From a virus, in the IMG/VR virus record IMGVR_UViG_3300033149_004116, positions 1 to 64,000 of that record: a DNA stretch of 64,000 nt. One strand, given 5' to 3'. A model generated the notes under the pieces. That model worked only from the letters and a program-made list of their open reading frames with translations, did not search any database and was not told the origin of the DNA. Of this stretch, positions 62,314 to 64,000 are shown piece by piece. Within the stretch, counting starts at the first letter, position 1; the number at the start of each line of letters is the position of its first letter. The translations under genes and the position numbers were made by a program.

Positions 62314-62556
62314 GACTTATCGCCCCATTTGTTTTTCCTCACCAATAACATTTTCAAACAATTGGCTAAGTCTTCCATTGCAGGTCTTTGATATTCCGTC
62401 ACCAATTCGTATTCCTCAAAATATTTTTTGAAGTCCTCGTCATTCACATCATCAGGAAAGAGATCAAGCAAAAACGTCAACGATAAAACGTCAACTTTTG
62501 ATTGCATGAAGACCATCGTTATGTCAATCAAATCTGACATTTTCACACTTACTTCT

Positions 62557-63756
62557 CTACTCAATACGATCCCTCAAATATTCGTCAAATTGTTTAACAA
62601 TAATGTTTATATCATATACTTCTCTCGCTCTTTTTACTCCTCTCTCGGACATTGCCTTCTTCTCGTCTGGATTTTCTATCAACCATTTCATTTGTTCATA
62701 AGCATGATCAACATCGGCTAATGCTCTATCAACTCCCGCGCTTCCAGTTTCAAACGTTTCAACCTTGACGGGGAGTCCACAAGTCCAATTCCCAAGTATT
62801 TCTTTCGAAGTTGTATATGTCGTTGCAACGTTAGCACAGCCACACGAGAGAGATTCGGTTAAAGTTAGCCCCCACCCCTCCCCGCCAGTTAAGTAACAAA
62901 ATATATCTATACAGTTATAGACCTCCGCTAATGTTTCCTCAGAAACTCCATACATAAAATTTGCCATCATATCGGGCGAGGGGAATATAACATCTTTCCC
63001 TTCCTGCAAGCCAAATCTCTTGACTATAAAAGATAAATCCCATCCCTCCTTGTCAACTTTATCCATCCATAGAAGAAGAACAGTATTTGGATAATCTTTA
63101 TGAAGTTTGACGAATGATTTGATAGTTCTGGGGATTTTCTTTCGAGTTTGGTTTCGATCCACCCGTCCAATTACAATTTTGGATGGGGGTATTCCAAGTT
63201 TCTGTCTCATTTCTCCAATAGTTTGCTCATCCAAAGGTTTAAAGATATTTGTCTTGACTCCATGAGGAATTTGATCGGTTTGTATTCCCTCCGCTTTAAT
63301 CAAGTCCGCGCCGTATTTTGAAATACACACCTTATAATCCACTCTTTTCAATATCTCTTTTATTTGATCTGTTACTGGATATCCATCGATAGGAAACCAA
63401 TACAACCAAGGGACGGGAATCTCTGTTTTATATAAATAAGAGATCATCCAGAAATCAGCAAGCGTTATCAGAACATCTGGATTTTCCTTTGGAAGCCAAT
63501 ATTTGATTGCTCTCTCCCCGAATCTGTCTCCATAAATATTTGGAAGAATCCTATAACCCAAGACATCCTTATGAAAGGAGGCAACCATTTCCTGACCAAA
63601 GGATTGCCATCCTATGTGAGCAACATCATGTCCAACTTTATGAAGATATGTATCCAAATTTCTTAATGCAGTTCCAAAGCCAGATATGGTGTGTGATGAT
63701 TGGTGTCCAAGAAGGGGATTCCTTACTTAGATATCACCCATCGTTAATATCTTCAT
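62557..63756 (-). CDS. GT4 glycosyltransferase split by an intron: exon 1 63756-63733, exon 2 63699-62557, 388 aa after splicing
   Basis: The ATG at 63756 has a GGTGA RBS and overlaps the upstream stop (ATGA). Spliced N-terminus is MKILTMGDSSHTISGFGTALRNL. RNQTRKK and GEGWGLTLTES motifs follow. Confidence 0.88.
63700..63732 (-). other. 33-nt archaeal bulge-helix-bulge (BHB) mRNA intron
   Basis: 5' strand GAUG-GGUG-AU^A-UCUAAG pairs with 3' strand CUUGGA-CACC-AA^U-CAUC. The intron contains an in-frame TAA. Confidence 0.85.
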
Positions 63757-64000
63757 TTTTTCACCTTATCCCTCCTATATTGTCTTCTATTCCAATATCC
63801 CTTTTCTTTTAATTTCATATATTTTTTCCACTTCCTCTCTCCATATATTGTAGCATCATTATATATCCAATCTAGTAGTTTTCTTGCTTCTCTAGTTGCA
63901 TATTTTATTTTATAAACACCTATTTGTTTGTGACACGTTTTCAATCTTAATCCCAACAATTTGTTTATCATCGCTGAAATCCACGTTAAAAATTCTTTAG
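63753..64000 (-). CDS. C-terminal part of a LAGLIDADG-like endonuclease (5' end outside the window)
   Basis: KEFLTWI...YKIKY...ARKLLDWIY...YGERK. The frame stays open to the window end. Confidence 0.6.
   Translation of the reverse strand, partial: KEFLTWISAMINKLLGLRLKTCHKQIGVYKIKYATREARKLLDWIYNDATIYGERKWKKYMKLKEKGYWNRRQYRRDKVKK

Noticed and set aside
1-64000. Stop-codon reassignment as an explanation for the in-frame stops.
   Set aside because: Conserved genes are full length in the standard code and use all three stops as terminators; no suppressor tRNA is seen.

Overview
This window is part of a large, AT-rich tailed archaeal virus genome (Caudoviricetes, siphovirus-like). Evidence: BRE/TATA (TTTAAATA) promoters, GGTGA/GGAGG ribosome-binding sites, PCNA-, MCM- and XPF-like genes, and HK97-type head and tail genes. 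Positions 1-37.9 kb are a minus-strand arm of small genes plus replication, repair and nucleotide-metabolism genes: PCNA, truncated MCM, ATP-dependent ligase, Ku-like protein, three DNA methyltransferases, class III RNR with thioredoxin, UDP-glucose dehydrogenase and tRNA-His. A ~1.35 kb non-coding island interrupts this arm. Head and neck genes lie on + (38.0-46.0 kb), tail genes on - (46.9-53.0 kb), and a glycosylation island on - (53.5-63.8 kb). Top finding: a perfect bulge-helix-bulge (BHB) 33-nt intron (63700-63732) carries an in-frame stop and interrupts a viral GT4 glycosyltransferase gene. This implies the viral mRNA is spliced by the archaeal tRNA-splicing machinery. Also notable: several structured non-coding RNA candidates each starting 20-22 nt downstream of an identical TTTAAATA box, an HNH endonuclease flanked by duplicated C5-methylase 3' ends, a +1 frameshift site in the tail chaperone, and a Ku plus ligase pair. 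All family assignments come from motif recognition by eye; no searches were run.
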